From contig JBGCFM010000096.1 in the NCBI GenBank assembly GCA_045106895.1, positions 1 to 50,552 on the forward strand: 50,552 nucleotides of DNA, read 5' to 3'. The position numbers were made by a program, and so were the translations under genes. The notes under the pieces are model-generated. The model saw nothing but the letters and a program-made list of their open reading frames with translations. It had not been told where the DNA came from and made no database searches. Source of the stretch: Polyangiales bacterium. Lineage in GTDB: Bacteria; Myxococcota_A; Polyangia; Polyangiales; Houyiibacteriaceae. Positions within the stretch are counted from its first letter, which is position 1. Each line of letters opens with the position of its first letter. Positions 27,176 to 35,576 of the stretch are shown here, piece after piece.

Positions 27176-28194
27176 CAGACGGCCCGAAGGGCGAGACGGT
27201 CCGCCAAGCCTTCCAAGATCGCGATGCCCGCTGCGTCGAGGGGAGCGCCCTTGAGAGCTGCTTTCGACTCATCCGCACGCTTGAGCAGGCGCTGCTCGAT
27301 GTTGGCCTTGGCACCGGAGGAAACCAAGAGCTCGACGGCGGCATCGATGTCGCCGTCCTTGTCTTCTCCGGCCATCACACGGTCGAGGGAATCGCGTGAG
27401 CCAGCAGCCAACAGACGCTCGGCCTCACCCACAAGGCTCGTGCGCTTGCGGTTCTTGACGTCGTTTCCAGGCTTTCCAGTCGTCGCCATGTCGCCGAAGG
27501 TGCCAAGAAGGTCATCGGCGAGCTGAAATGCCTCGCCAAGTGGGTTGGCGTAGGCGGTGAGTGCCGCATTTTGCGCGTCGCTTGCCCCAGCCAGCGCCGC
27601 CCCAAGAAGAAGCGGCCCGCGCACCGTGTACGAGGTGGTCTTCAGGTCATGCATTTTGGCGACGTCGGGATGAGCCGTGATGTCGAGGTGCTGACCAAGA
27701 AGCACTTCCTTCTGAATCTGCAGGAAGATCTGAATGCCCTTGCCCAGCTGCTCCGCAGCAAAAGGACCCCCCGTCAAAAGCTCCAGGCTGTAGGTCGACG
27801 CAAGGTCACCAGCGAGGATTCCGAGGGAGTTGGCCATATGCAAATCGTATCTCCCACGATACATCGCATGAACAGCCGGCCCGCCTCGCCGCTCATCATC
27901 TTGGTCCATCCAGTCGTCATGGATAAGCAGGTAACTCTGCAGAACTTCGAGGGAGGCCCCAGCATCAACGACGCTATCGGCGGAGCCAGGAGACACGGCT
28001 CCGGCGCCTGCCTCCACCATCATCGGCCGAAAGCGTTTCCCGCCACGGAGCGTGAGGCTTTGCACGCCCTCGACGAGCTCCACAGAGTCTGGGCTGATCG
28101 AGGCGGCTTCTTTGAGCTTCTCGCTGAAATAGGCTTCAAGGCGCGAATCCACTCGGGATTTCACGGCGTCCATCCAGCTCTTGAGGTCGGTCAT
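27175..28194 (-). CDS. Short-chain polyprenyl (probably geranylgeranyl) diphosphate synthase
   Basis: GGKRFRP, YLLIHDDWMDQDDERRG (FARM), GQHLD, KTTSYT, AFQLADDLLG..GD...TGKP. Confidence 0.9.
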   Translation of the reverse strand: MTDLKSWMDAVKSRVDSRLEAYFSEKLKEAASISPDSVELVEGVQSLTLRGGKRFRPMMVEAGAGAVSPGSADSVVDAGASLEVLQSYLLIHDDWMDQDDERRGGPAVHAMYRGRYDLHMANSLGILAGDLASTYSLELLTGGPFAAEQLGKGIQIFLQIQKEVLLGQHLDITAHPDVAKMHDLKTTSYTVRGPLLLGAALAGASDAQNAALTAYANPLGEAFQLADDLLGTFGDMATTGKPGNDVKNRKRTSLVGEAERLLAAGSRDSLDRVMAGEDKDGDIDAAVELLVSSGAKANIEQRLLKRADESKAALKGAPLDAAGIAILEGLADRLALRAV

Positions 28195-28285
28195 GCCGGC
28201 CGTCGTAGCAGGCAGCTCGGGGTTTCGCTATGGGGCAAAAACGAGGGCTGCTTGCATCTTGAGGATGGCGGTTCACGGTGCGCCC

Positions 28286-29344
28286 ATGAGCAAAGTTCTC
28301 GACATCAAGCAGCGCAAAGCAGACCACCTCGACCTTTGCGCCACCGATGCGGTGGCGTTTCGTGGTCAGACCACGCTTCTTGAGGAAGTCCGCCTAGTTC
28401 ATCAGTCGCTTCCAGACCTCGACCTGGACGCCATCGACCTGTCCGTGGAACTCCTCGGGAAAACGCTCAAGGCGCCCATCGTCATTGCTGCGATGACCGG
28501 TGGCCACGAACGCGCCGCGGAGGTGAACCAGCAGCTCGCCTCCATCGCGGAGGAGTGTGGTTATGGGTTTGGTTTGGGCTCCCAGCGCGCCATGCAGAAG
28601 CGCCCTGACACCGCGTGGACCTTCGAGGTCCGTGAGCACGCGCCAAACGCGTTGATCCTTGGAAACGTTGGCGTCGTTCAGGCCCGCGAGATGGAAACCA
28701 GCGTCATCGCTGGGATGATCGAAGCCGTCGGCGCGGACGCCCTCTGCGTTCACCTCAACCCAGCCATGGAGCTGGTACAGCCCGGCGGCGACCGTGATTT
28801 CCGCGGCGGACGCGAGACCATCGCGCGCCTCGTCAAAGAGCTCCCCGTGCCCGTAGTAGGCAAAGAGACCGGAAACGGAATTAGCCTCCAGACCGCCCAA
28901 GCCCTCCGGGACGCAGGCGTCACCACCGTCGACACGAGCGGCGCGGGTGGAACGAGCTGGGTGGGCGTGGAAACGCTCCGCGCCGAAGGCGCCCAGAAAC
29001 AGCTCGGTGAGCTCCTCTGGGACTGGGGCGTGCCGACGGCCGCCTCCGTCGTGAACGTGAAGAGCTGCGGCATGAACGCCATCGCCACCGGCGGCATGAA
29101 GACCGGCGTTGACGCCGCCCGCGCCATCGCACTTGGCGCGACGGCTGCAGGTTTTGCCCGAAACGTCTTCATCGCGCTGACCGAAGGTGGCCGAGATGGC
29201 GCCATCGAGTTCTTGCGTAACGTCGAGCACCAGCTTCGCTCCGTAATGCTCCTGGTCGGCGCGAGCAACGTCGCCCAGCTTCGAAGCGCTCCCCGCATCA
29301 TCGGGCCGAACCTTCGGGACTGGATGGCGCTGGCCAAGCCCTGA
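28286..29344 (+). CDS. fni: Type 2 (FMN-dependent) isopentenyl-diphosphate delta-isomerase
   Basis: RKADHL, AMTGG, GLGSQR, HLNPAMELVQPGGD, KETGNG, GAGGTSW, WDWGVPT. Confidence 0.95.
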   Translation: MSKVLDIKQRKADHLDLCATDAVAFRGQTTLLEEVRLVHQSLPDLDLDAIDLSVELLGKTLKAPIVIAAMTGGHERAAEVNQQLASIAEECGYGFGLGSQRAMQKRPDTAWTFEVREHAPNALILGNVGVVQAREMETSVIAGMIEAVGADALCVHLNPAMELVQPGGDRDFRGGRETIARLVKELPVPVVGKETGNGISLQTAQALRDAGVTTVDTSGAGGTSWVGVETLRAEGAQKQLGELLWDWGVPTAASVVNVKSCGMNAIATGGMKTGVDAARAIALGATAAGFARNVFIALTEGGRDGAIEFLRNVEHQLRSVMLLVGASNVAQLRSAPRIIGPNLRDWMALAKP

Positions 29345-29358
29345 AAGGCCGGGCGCTG

Positions 29359-30681
29359 ATGAACTTCGACGGTCTCGTTGGGCCCACGCACAACTACGCG
29401 GGGCTGAGTCACGGAAACCTGGCGTCCAAGTCGAACGCCTTGGCCACGAGTCGCCCGCGCGACGCTGTGCTCCAAGGCCTTGAGAAGATGGCCTTCGTCG
29501 CGAGCCTTGGCGTTCCCCAAGGCTTTCTTCCGCCCCTCCCCCGACCGCACTTGGCTTTCTTGCGCGCCATTGGCTTCAGCGGGTCCGTCGAGGAGGTGCT
29601 CCGCGCCGCGCAGCGCGATGCCCCAAGCATGTTGAACTCGGTCTCCAGCGCCTCCAGCATGTGGACGGCGAACGCCGCGACGGTGACAGCGAGCGAAGAC
29701 GCCGAAGATGGCCGAATGCACTTCACGGCGGCCAACCTCTCGGCCAAGATGCATCGCTACCTGGAACGCGACGACACCGCCGCGGCCCTCAAGACCCTCT
29801 TCCCCGGCGAGCAATTCGCACACCACGCGCCGCTTCCTGCGGCCCTCGGCGATGAAGGCGCGGCAAACCACACCCGCCTCTTCTTTGACGATGGCACCCG
29901 CGACAAGGGCCTCGACGTGTTCGTGTGGGGCAAGAGCATGTTGGGCGACTACCAGCGCCCCGTTCGCTTCGTGGCGCGCCAGGCACTCGAGGCGAGCCAG
30001 GCCATCGCGCGACGTCACGGGGTTCGGCGCGCTCTCTTTCTCCAGCAAGCTCCGGGCGCCATCGACGCCGGCGCATTCCACAACGATGTCGTCTCCGTGG
30101 GCCACGGTGACCTGCTTCTCACGCACAGCCTGGCTTTTGCGGACCCGAACGCCATCGACACGCTCAAAGCAAGCTTCGCGGCGCTTGGGCCTGGCGCCGA
30201 GCTGAAGGTCGCCGTCGTGACTGAAGAGGAACTGAGCCTCCAGGACGCCGTGAAGTGCTACCTCTTCAACTCACAGGTCGTGACCACGCCGGCGGGCCCC
30301 GTGCTCATCGCGCCGAGCGATTGCGAAGAGAGCCCAGCGGCGGCGGCCATCATTGCCCGCTGGGTGGATGAGGGGCTTCTCGCCGCGGCGCACTTTCTGG
30401 ACGTAAAGCAGAGCATGCGAAACGGCGGCGGCCCCGCCTGCTTGCGCCTGCGAGTTCCTCTTACGCCGGCGGAGGAAGCGGGAGTCCACCCGGGCGTCGT
30501 ATTCTCCGCGGAGAAGCATGAGCAGCTGAAGTTGTGGGCAAAGAAGCACTACCGCGAAGAGCTCCATGCCGCGGACCTCGCCGATCCCGCCTTCGTCCGG
30601 GAGTGCGAAGAGACCCTAGACGCGCTGACTCAGCTTCTTGGGCTAGGGCCCCGCTACTACGCGTTTCAGCGCGACTCTTGA
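29359..30681 (+). CDS. astB: N-succinylarginine dihydrolase
   Basis: NFDGLVGPTHNYAGLSHGNLAS, SASSMWTANAATV, GDEGAANH, FHNDVV, YLFNSQ, SMRNGGGPACLRLRV. Confidence 0.95.
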   Translation: MNFDGLVGPTHNYAGLSHGNLASKSNALATSRPRDAVLQGLEKMAFVASLGVPQGFLPPLPRPHLAFLRAIGFSGSVEEVLRAAQRDAPSMLNSVSSASSMWTANAATVTASEDAEDGRMHFTAANLSAKMHRYLERDDTAAALKTLFPGEQFAHHAPLPAALGDEGAANHTRLFFDDGTRDKGLDVFVWGKSMLGDYQRPVRFVARQALEASQAIARRHGVRRALFLQQAPGAIDAGAFHNDVVSVGHGDLLLTHSLAFADPNAIDTLKASFAALGPGAELKVAVVTEEELSLQDAVKCYLFNSQVVTTPAGPVLIAPSDCEESPAAAAIIARWVDEGLLAAAHFLDVKQSMRNGGGPACLRLRVPLTPAEEAGVHPGVVFSAEKHEQLKLWAKKHYREELHAADLADPAFVRECEETLDALTQLLGLGPRYYAFQRDS

Positions 30682-30692
30682 AAGAGCCCACT

Positions 30693-31169
30693 ATGCATAT
30701 TCGTTTCATCGTCCTCGTCGCCCTTGTCGGCTGCTCCGGAAGCGCCGTATCCGCAACAGAGAGCGGGCCGCTCGCTCAATTCGACCTCGCCGCACTCCAC
30801 GGCGGTGCAGACACACCCGCCCCCTCTGGCGATGTCGCCCAGAAGAGAGCGCGCTGCACCTTTGTCTGGCCCGACGACGCGGACCAAGGCTTTGAGGTCC
30901 TGGTCGAAGCGAACTACACCGGAGCCGTACCTTCAAGCGCGTCCATCACTACCGTACGAAGCGACTGCGCTTTGGCCGCGAACGTCGACGCTCCAGCTCG
31001 TTACCTGGAAGTGGGCGGCGTCAACGACACACGTCTGACGCTTAGACTCTCCTACACCTGTCCGAGCGGAGAGGGCAGCTCAGGCGTTACGGTCTCGTCC
31101 ATCGACGGCGTCGAGATGGGCGGGTCGACGATGAGCTGCGTCCAGGAAAACGAAACGCTCTCGCCCTAG
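30693..31169 (+). CDS. Hypothetical lipoprotein
   Basis: MHIRFIVLVALVGC lipobox. Confidence 0.65.
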   Translation: MHIRFIVLVALVGCSGSAVSATESGPLAQFDLAALHGGADTPAPSGDVAQKRARCTFVWPDDADQGFEVLVEANYTGAVPSSASITTVRSDCALAANVDAPARYLEVGGVNDTRLTLRLSYTCPSGEGSSGVTVSSIDGVEMGGSTMSCVQENETLSP

Positions 31170-32743
31170 AAGTCGTCGACGATGAGCGGGCCCATCATCG
31201 ATGAGCTCATCATCGTCGCGCGCATGTTGCGACGGGCCGCCGCGCGGGCCTGGCGAGCAGCACGGGCTTCAGCCTCTTCACGCTCGCGGGCTTCTTCCTC
31301 GGCGGCTTCGCGTTCCGCGGTTTCGCGCTCCCTCGCTTCACGTTCGGCGGCGATGCGCGCTTCTGCTGCAGCAGCTTCGGCGCGGAGGCGCGCCTCGATT
31401 TCAGCTTGGGTCGGTTCAGCCACGGCAGGCTCGGCCGGCTCGGCGGCCTGAGCGACGTCTTGCATAGGCTCGAGAGGAACCGCCTGCATGTCATCACCGC
31501 TCAGAAGTATGGCTCCGCCAACGCCGCACAGAGCGGCAAGGACCAAAGACACCCCAGCGATGAGGTTACGTTTTGAGCCACCTTGGGGTGCAGCGGCCGG
31601 CGCGAGCAAAGGCGTCGCCGTCGCCGAGCGCACTCCGGAGACGGTCCCGAGAGGCGTCGGCGTGACCAAGCTGGGAACCACATCCAGGCTGAGCGCGGCG
31701 GAGCCGGAGGTGGTCAGAGCTGCGCCAAGATCACGGGTAAGTCGCTCGGCGGAGCCGGGTTTCGGCTGCCTTGGGGCTCCCATCGCTGAGCGGACCGATG
31801 GGTCTTCGGGACCGGCGACGTGGCCTTCCATGGCCAAACCGATGAGCTCCGCCACTTCGCCCTGCGTCACGGCGAGGGCTTCTGGACACGCCGCCGCGAG
31901 CGCCGCTTGGAATGCCGCTGTGGTGGGCGGTCGATGCGCCGGGTCCTTCGAAAGCGCCTTCATCACAATGGCGTCGAGGGCAGGGGGCACGTCCGGCGCG
32001 AGGGAACTCGGCGGGGGGATCTTCGGGTTTCGCACCAAGTCGAGGAGCAGAATGTCGTTGGGCGCGTCGAAGAGTTTCCGCTGAGTCAGAAGCTCCCAGA
32101 GCATGATGCCCAGCGCGTAGATATCCGTTCGCCGGTCGAGGGGCGTCCCGTGCGCTTGTTCCGGCGACATGTACCGGAAGGTTCCTTTGATAAGGGCGCC
32201 CTGAGTGTGGTGGATTCGGTCGGCGGCCTTCGCGATGCCGAAGTCGATGAGCTTGACGTAGCCTTTGTACGCCACGAGGACGTTCTTCGGACTCACATCG
32301 CGGTGAACCACACCAAGGAGGTTTCCCGCGTCATCCGTGAGCTCGTGCGCGGCATGCAGACCCGCGGCGACCTGCATGGCGATCCACGTCGCGATGGCCG
32401 GCGTGGGCCTTCGCTGCTGTTGTCGAAACGCGCGCATGACCTGGGAGAGCGCCACGCCGGGCACGTACTCCATCACCAAGAAATCGCGGCCGCTCTCCGT
32501 CGTGCCTAGGTCATGCGTGTGGACCACATTGGGATGCTCGATGCTCGCGGAAATACGCGCTTCATCGAGGAACATCACCGTGAAGTCCTCGTTCTCCGAG
32601 AGATGTTCGTGGACCACCTTGATGGCGACGTGTTTCTCGAAGCCGCCGCTGCGCGAGCGCCGTCCGAGATAGAGCGCCGCCATACCGCCGGACTTCATCT
32701 TCGCGACGATGTCGTATCCCGCGATGTTGTCACCAACTCTCAC
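31166..32743 (-). CDS. Membrane-anchored Hanks-type Ser/Thr protein kinase
   Basis: GGMA, VAIK, HRDVSPKN, DFG, GTFRYMSPEQ, DIYALG; TM helix then coiled-coil. Start GTG 32743. Confidence 0.93.
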   Translation of the reverse strand: MRVGDNIAGYDIVAKMKSGGMAALYLGRRSRSGGFEKHVAIKVVHEHLSENEDFTVMFLDEARISASIEHPNVVHTHDLGTTESGRDFLVMEYVPGVALSQVMRAFRQQQRRPTPAIATWIAMQVAAGLHAAHELTDDAGNLLGVVHRDVSPKNVLVAYKGYVKLIDFGIAKAADRIHHTQGALIKGTFRYMSPEQAHGTPLDRRTDIYALGIMLWELLTQRKLFDAPNDILLLDLVRNPKIPPPSSLAPDVPPALDAIVMKALSKDPAHRPPTTAAFQAALAAACPEALAVTQGEVAELIGLAMEGHVAGPEDPSVRSAMGAPRQPKPGSAERLTRDLGAALTTSGSAALSLDVVPSLVTPTPLGTVSGVRSATATPLLAPAAAPQGGSKRNLIAGVSLVLAALCGVGGAILLSGDDMQAVPLEPMQDVAQAAEPAEPAVAEPTQAEIEARLRAEAAAAEARIAAEREARERETAEREAAEEEAREREEAEARAARQARAAARRNMRATMMSSSMMGPLIVDDF

Positions 32744-32855
32744 GCCCGGAGTGTAGCTTGAGCCGTTGCGATCTCCCAAACAAAGGCGGATGTGGGGAAC
32801 TATAGCCCGCGCAAAAGGCGCGCTTCGTGGCCCACGGTGATACCTTTGGTGGGTG

Positions 32856-34169
32856 ATGCGCCGCTGTCTGACACTCGCCACGGCATTCATGGTCTTCGCA
32901 GGCTGTGGTTCGGCCCCCGCCGATGGATGCGTGACCCGCACAGACTGCGAGAGTGATGAGGTGTGCATCAACGGCGCCTGCCAAAGCGGTACCCCGGACG
33001 CCGCGACGGGCCCGGACGCCGGTATTCGAGACGGCGGCGGCGATGGAGGCGACCTCTGCGGGCAAGAATGCGAGACCGCCCTCCCTTGCGAAATTGGCGT
33101 CTACGACTGCTCCGAAGGTCAGCCTACCTGTGTGCGCTCGGGCCTCCGTGAAGAAGGTTTCGTGTGCCGAGAGGCGAGCGACGCATGCGACCTGGCGGAC
33201 CAGTGTGATGGAGTCAGCGCCGGCTGCGCAGACAACAAGTCGCCCATCGGAAGCGCCTGCAACGGCGGATTCTGCGATGGACGCGGCGCATGCGGGCTCT
33301 GCCAAGAGGGAGCCTCCTGCAACCCCACAGGTTGTCAGGCGGGAGCTATCTCCTGCTCAGACACCGGCGTGCCTTCCTGCGAGTTCACGAACAACCTTCC
33401 TGACGAGACGTCTTGTGGGCCCATAGTCATCGGCGGCTTTAGCGCGTGCGAATGGCCCAGTACCTGCGCGGAGAGCGGCGTTCAGTCGCGAGAGCTCCAA
33501 GAGCCACTTTGCGTCGCAGGTGTCTGCACAACGGTCTCTCGTTTCGAAGAGATGCCCTGCGGCCGCGAGCGAGAAGGTGTTTCCTGCGGCGATCCCTTGG
33601 CCGGCGAATGGTCGGCCTGCAGTTTCGACTCGATGTGCGACGAGAGCGGTGAACGCAGCCGCACCGTGACGAGCCGAACTTGTGCAAGCGCAATGTGCGT
33701 GGAGGTACCGAGCGAAGTCAGCGAGGCCTGCGAACGCGACACCGAGGGAGACGCCTGTGGGGATTCCACGACGACCTTCGACGCGTGCGTGTTCGCGAGC
33801 GAGTGCGCCGTCGGCGGAACTCAAATGGGAACCATGACCACGCCAACGTGTGGCGGAGGCACCTGCGATTCCGAGAGCGTCGCGGTTTCTCAGGCTTGTT
33901 CGAGGCCTGACACCATGGGCGACGCATGTGGAACGCCGACCTACGGCGAGTGGGGCACGTGCGTGTTTTTCACCTGTGATCCAGCGGCTGGGACCCGTTA
34001 CCGCTCGCTCACCTCGGCATGCACCACCGCTCAGACCTGTGACCCTGCTGGAACAGGGTTTGAAATCGGAACCTGCACGGGCGACGTGACCGGCTCCTTC
34101 TGCAACCCTCCTGGGGGCGGCATCGGCTCCTGCACGGGCCCCGGTCTGTGCAACGGCACACCTATCTAA
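32856..34169 (+). CDS. Cys-rich lipoprotein with disintegrin-like and TSP1-like repeats
   Basis: FAGC lipobox; GFVCREASDACDLADQCDGVSAGC (disintegrin-like); GEWSACS..C..SG.RSR.....C repeats. Confidence 0.8.
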   Translation: MRRCLTLATAFMVFAGCGSAPADGCVTRTDCESDEVCINGACQSGTPDAATGPDAGIRDGGGDGGDLCGQECETALPCEIGVYDCSEGQPTCVRSGLREEGFVCREASDACDLADQCDGVSAGCADNKSPIGSACNGGFCDGRGACGLCQEGASCNPTGCQAGAISCSDTGVPSCEFTNNLPDETSCGPIVIGGFSACEWPSTCAESGVQSRELQEPLCVAGVCTTVSRFEEMPCGREREGVSCGDPLAGEWSACSFDSMCDESGERSRTVTSRTCASAMCVEVPSEVSEACERDTEGDACGDSTTTFDACVFASECAVGGTQMGTMTTPTCGGGTCDSESVAVSQACSRPDTMGDACGTPTYGEWGTCVFFTCDPAAGTRYRSLTSACTTAQTCDPAGTGFEIGTCTGDVTGSFCNPPGGGIGSCTGPGLCNGTPI

Positions 34170-34219
34170 CTCGCTACTTCGTGACCTACACAGACGGATC
34201 AAGTATCAAAGCCCTTCCC

Positions 34220-34999
34220 ATGAAGCTCTTTCTCCTCTCGGCCTTGGCCCTGTCGTTCTTCGTCGTGCCACCCGCGGCCGGCGCCCAAGAAGATGAGGCC
34301 CGTGAGGAGTTCCGCGCTGGCATCGCTGCGGTTCGCGCCGACGATTGGGAGGTGGCACGTGGTCACTTTGAGCGCGCCTACGAGCTCGCTCCACGGGCGT
34401 CCGTCCTTGCCAACCTGGCCGCCGCGCAGCGTCAGACGGGCATGCTCGTTGAGGCCAAGGCTTCGTACGAGGAGTGGCTTCGAGATCCGCCACGAGGCCC
34501 GCTGCGCCGCCAGGTGCGCGCGGAGCTCCAGGAGCTCGAACCCCTTGTACCCTCCATCAACGTCCTGGTTCGTGGCGCGCAACCTGGAGACACTCTCCTC
34601 ATCGATGGCAACGTCGCCATGCCCAACGAGGACATCGAGGTCAACCCAGGTTGGCGCGAGGTTGAAGTCGAGCGCGGCGACCGAGTCGTCGCTTCCCTTC
34701 GTGTGAACATCGACGAAGGTGACCATGAAGAGGTCCAGCTCACAGTGCGCGCTGTGCCAAGCGCAGCCGAAACCGGGTCTCGTTCGGACGCCGTGGGGAG
34801 CCCGACGATTCGCTTCGACGAGCGGCCCGACGAAGTCGAAGAAGACGAGGAAGAAGGCGGGTCTCTGACCTGGCTCTGGGTCACCCTCGGCGTTGTCGCC
34901 GTAGGCGCCGCCGCAGGTGTCACAGCGGCCGTGCTTCTAGGTGGCCCCGAAGACCCCTTCATTGGAAACGCACCTCCTGGCTGGGCACTGATCCGATGA
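34220..34999 (+). CDS. TPR + PEGA-like single-pass membrane protein
   Basis: Signal peptide; ARGHFERAYELAP.ASVLANLA TPR; IDG...VNPGWREV PEGA-like; C-terminal TM TWLWVTLGVVAVG. Confidence 0.8.
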   Translation: MKLFLLSALALSFFVVPPAAGAQEDEAREEFRAGIAAVRADDWEVARGHFERAYELAPRASVLANLAAAQRQTGMLVEAKASYEEWLRDPPRGPLRRQVRAELQELEPLVPSINVLVRGAQPGDTLLIDGNVAMPNEDIEVNPGWREVEVERGDRVVASLRVNIDEGDHEEVQLTVRAVPSAAETGSRSDAVGSPTIRFDERPDEVEEDEEEGGSLTWLWVTLGVVAVGAAAGVTAAVLLGGPEDPFIGNAPPGWALIR

Positions 35000-35460
35000 A
35001 AACACTCCTGACACTTCTCGCTTCGCTCTGCCTTCTGTCCTGCGGGCAGCCGCTCACGCAGATTGTCCTCGAGGTGAACTCAGACATCCCGGAGGACGAC
35101 GTCGGACCCATTCTCATCACCGTTCGTGGCGCGAGTGGTGAGCTGGGTGTTGAGTACACTGCGAATTTCGCGGAACCGAACGGCCCCAGCGGTTTTCCCA
35201 TCACCCTAAGTCTCGTATTGGCCGACGACGCCGAGGGCGACTCGGTTTCCGTGGTGGTTCGAGCAGACCGGGTAGGCGGGTCGGACTCGGTAGAGGCGAG
35301 CGCGGAAACGCAATTCGTTCCGGACTCGACGCGGGCCCTTGGGATTTTGCTGGACACGGCCTGCATCGAGATCCCGTGTGACGCCGGAGACACCTGCCGA
35401 GGCGGCGTCTGCGTGTCGAATCAAGTCGACGGCGAGACGCTGCCCGTTTTCTCCGAATAA
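34996..35460 (+). CDS. Hypothetical lipoprotein (C-terminal Cys cluster)
   Basis: ATGA coupling; LLSC lipobox; TQIVLEVNSD, FVP, C...C..G.TC..G.C. Confidence 0.75.
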   Translation: MKTLLTLLASLCLLSCGQPLTQIVLEVNSDIPEDDVGPILITVRGASGELGVEYTANFAEPNGPSGFPITLSLVLADDAEGDSVSVVVRADRVGGSDSVEASAETQFVPDSTRALGILLDTACIEIPCDAGDTCRGGVCVSNQVDGETLPVFSE

Positions 35461-35576
35461 GTTCTCCAAATAAGCTCCCGGAATTACTTCAGGAAATATG
35501 CGCCTCAAAGGCGCTCGATGGGTTGACCAAAGCAGGGGACAAACGTAGGTCCACCATCCGAAAGGATGATGGAAAC

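Noticed and set aside
35449..35474. 13-bp tandem repeat TTCTCC(G/A)AATAAG at a gene end (possible att site or target duplication)
   Set aside because: The copies are adjacent with nothing inserted between them, and no integrase is present. It is too weak to call.
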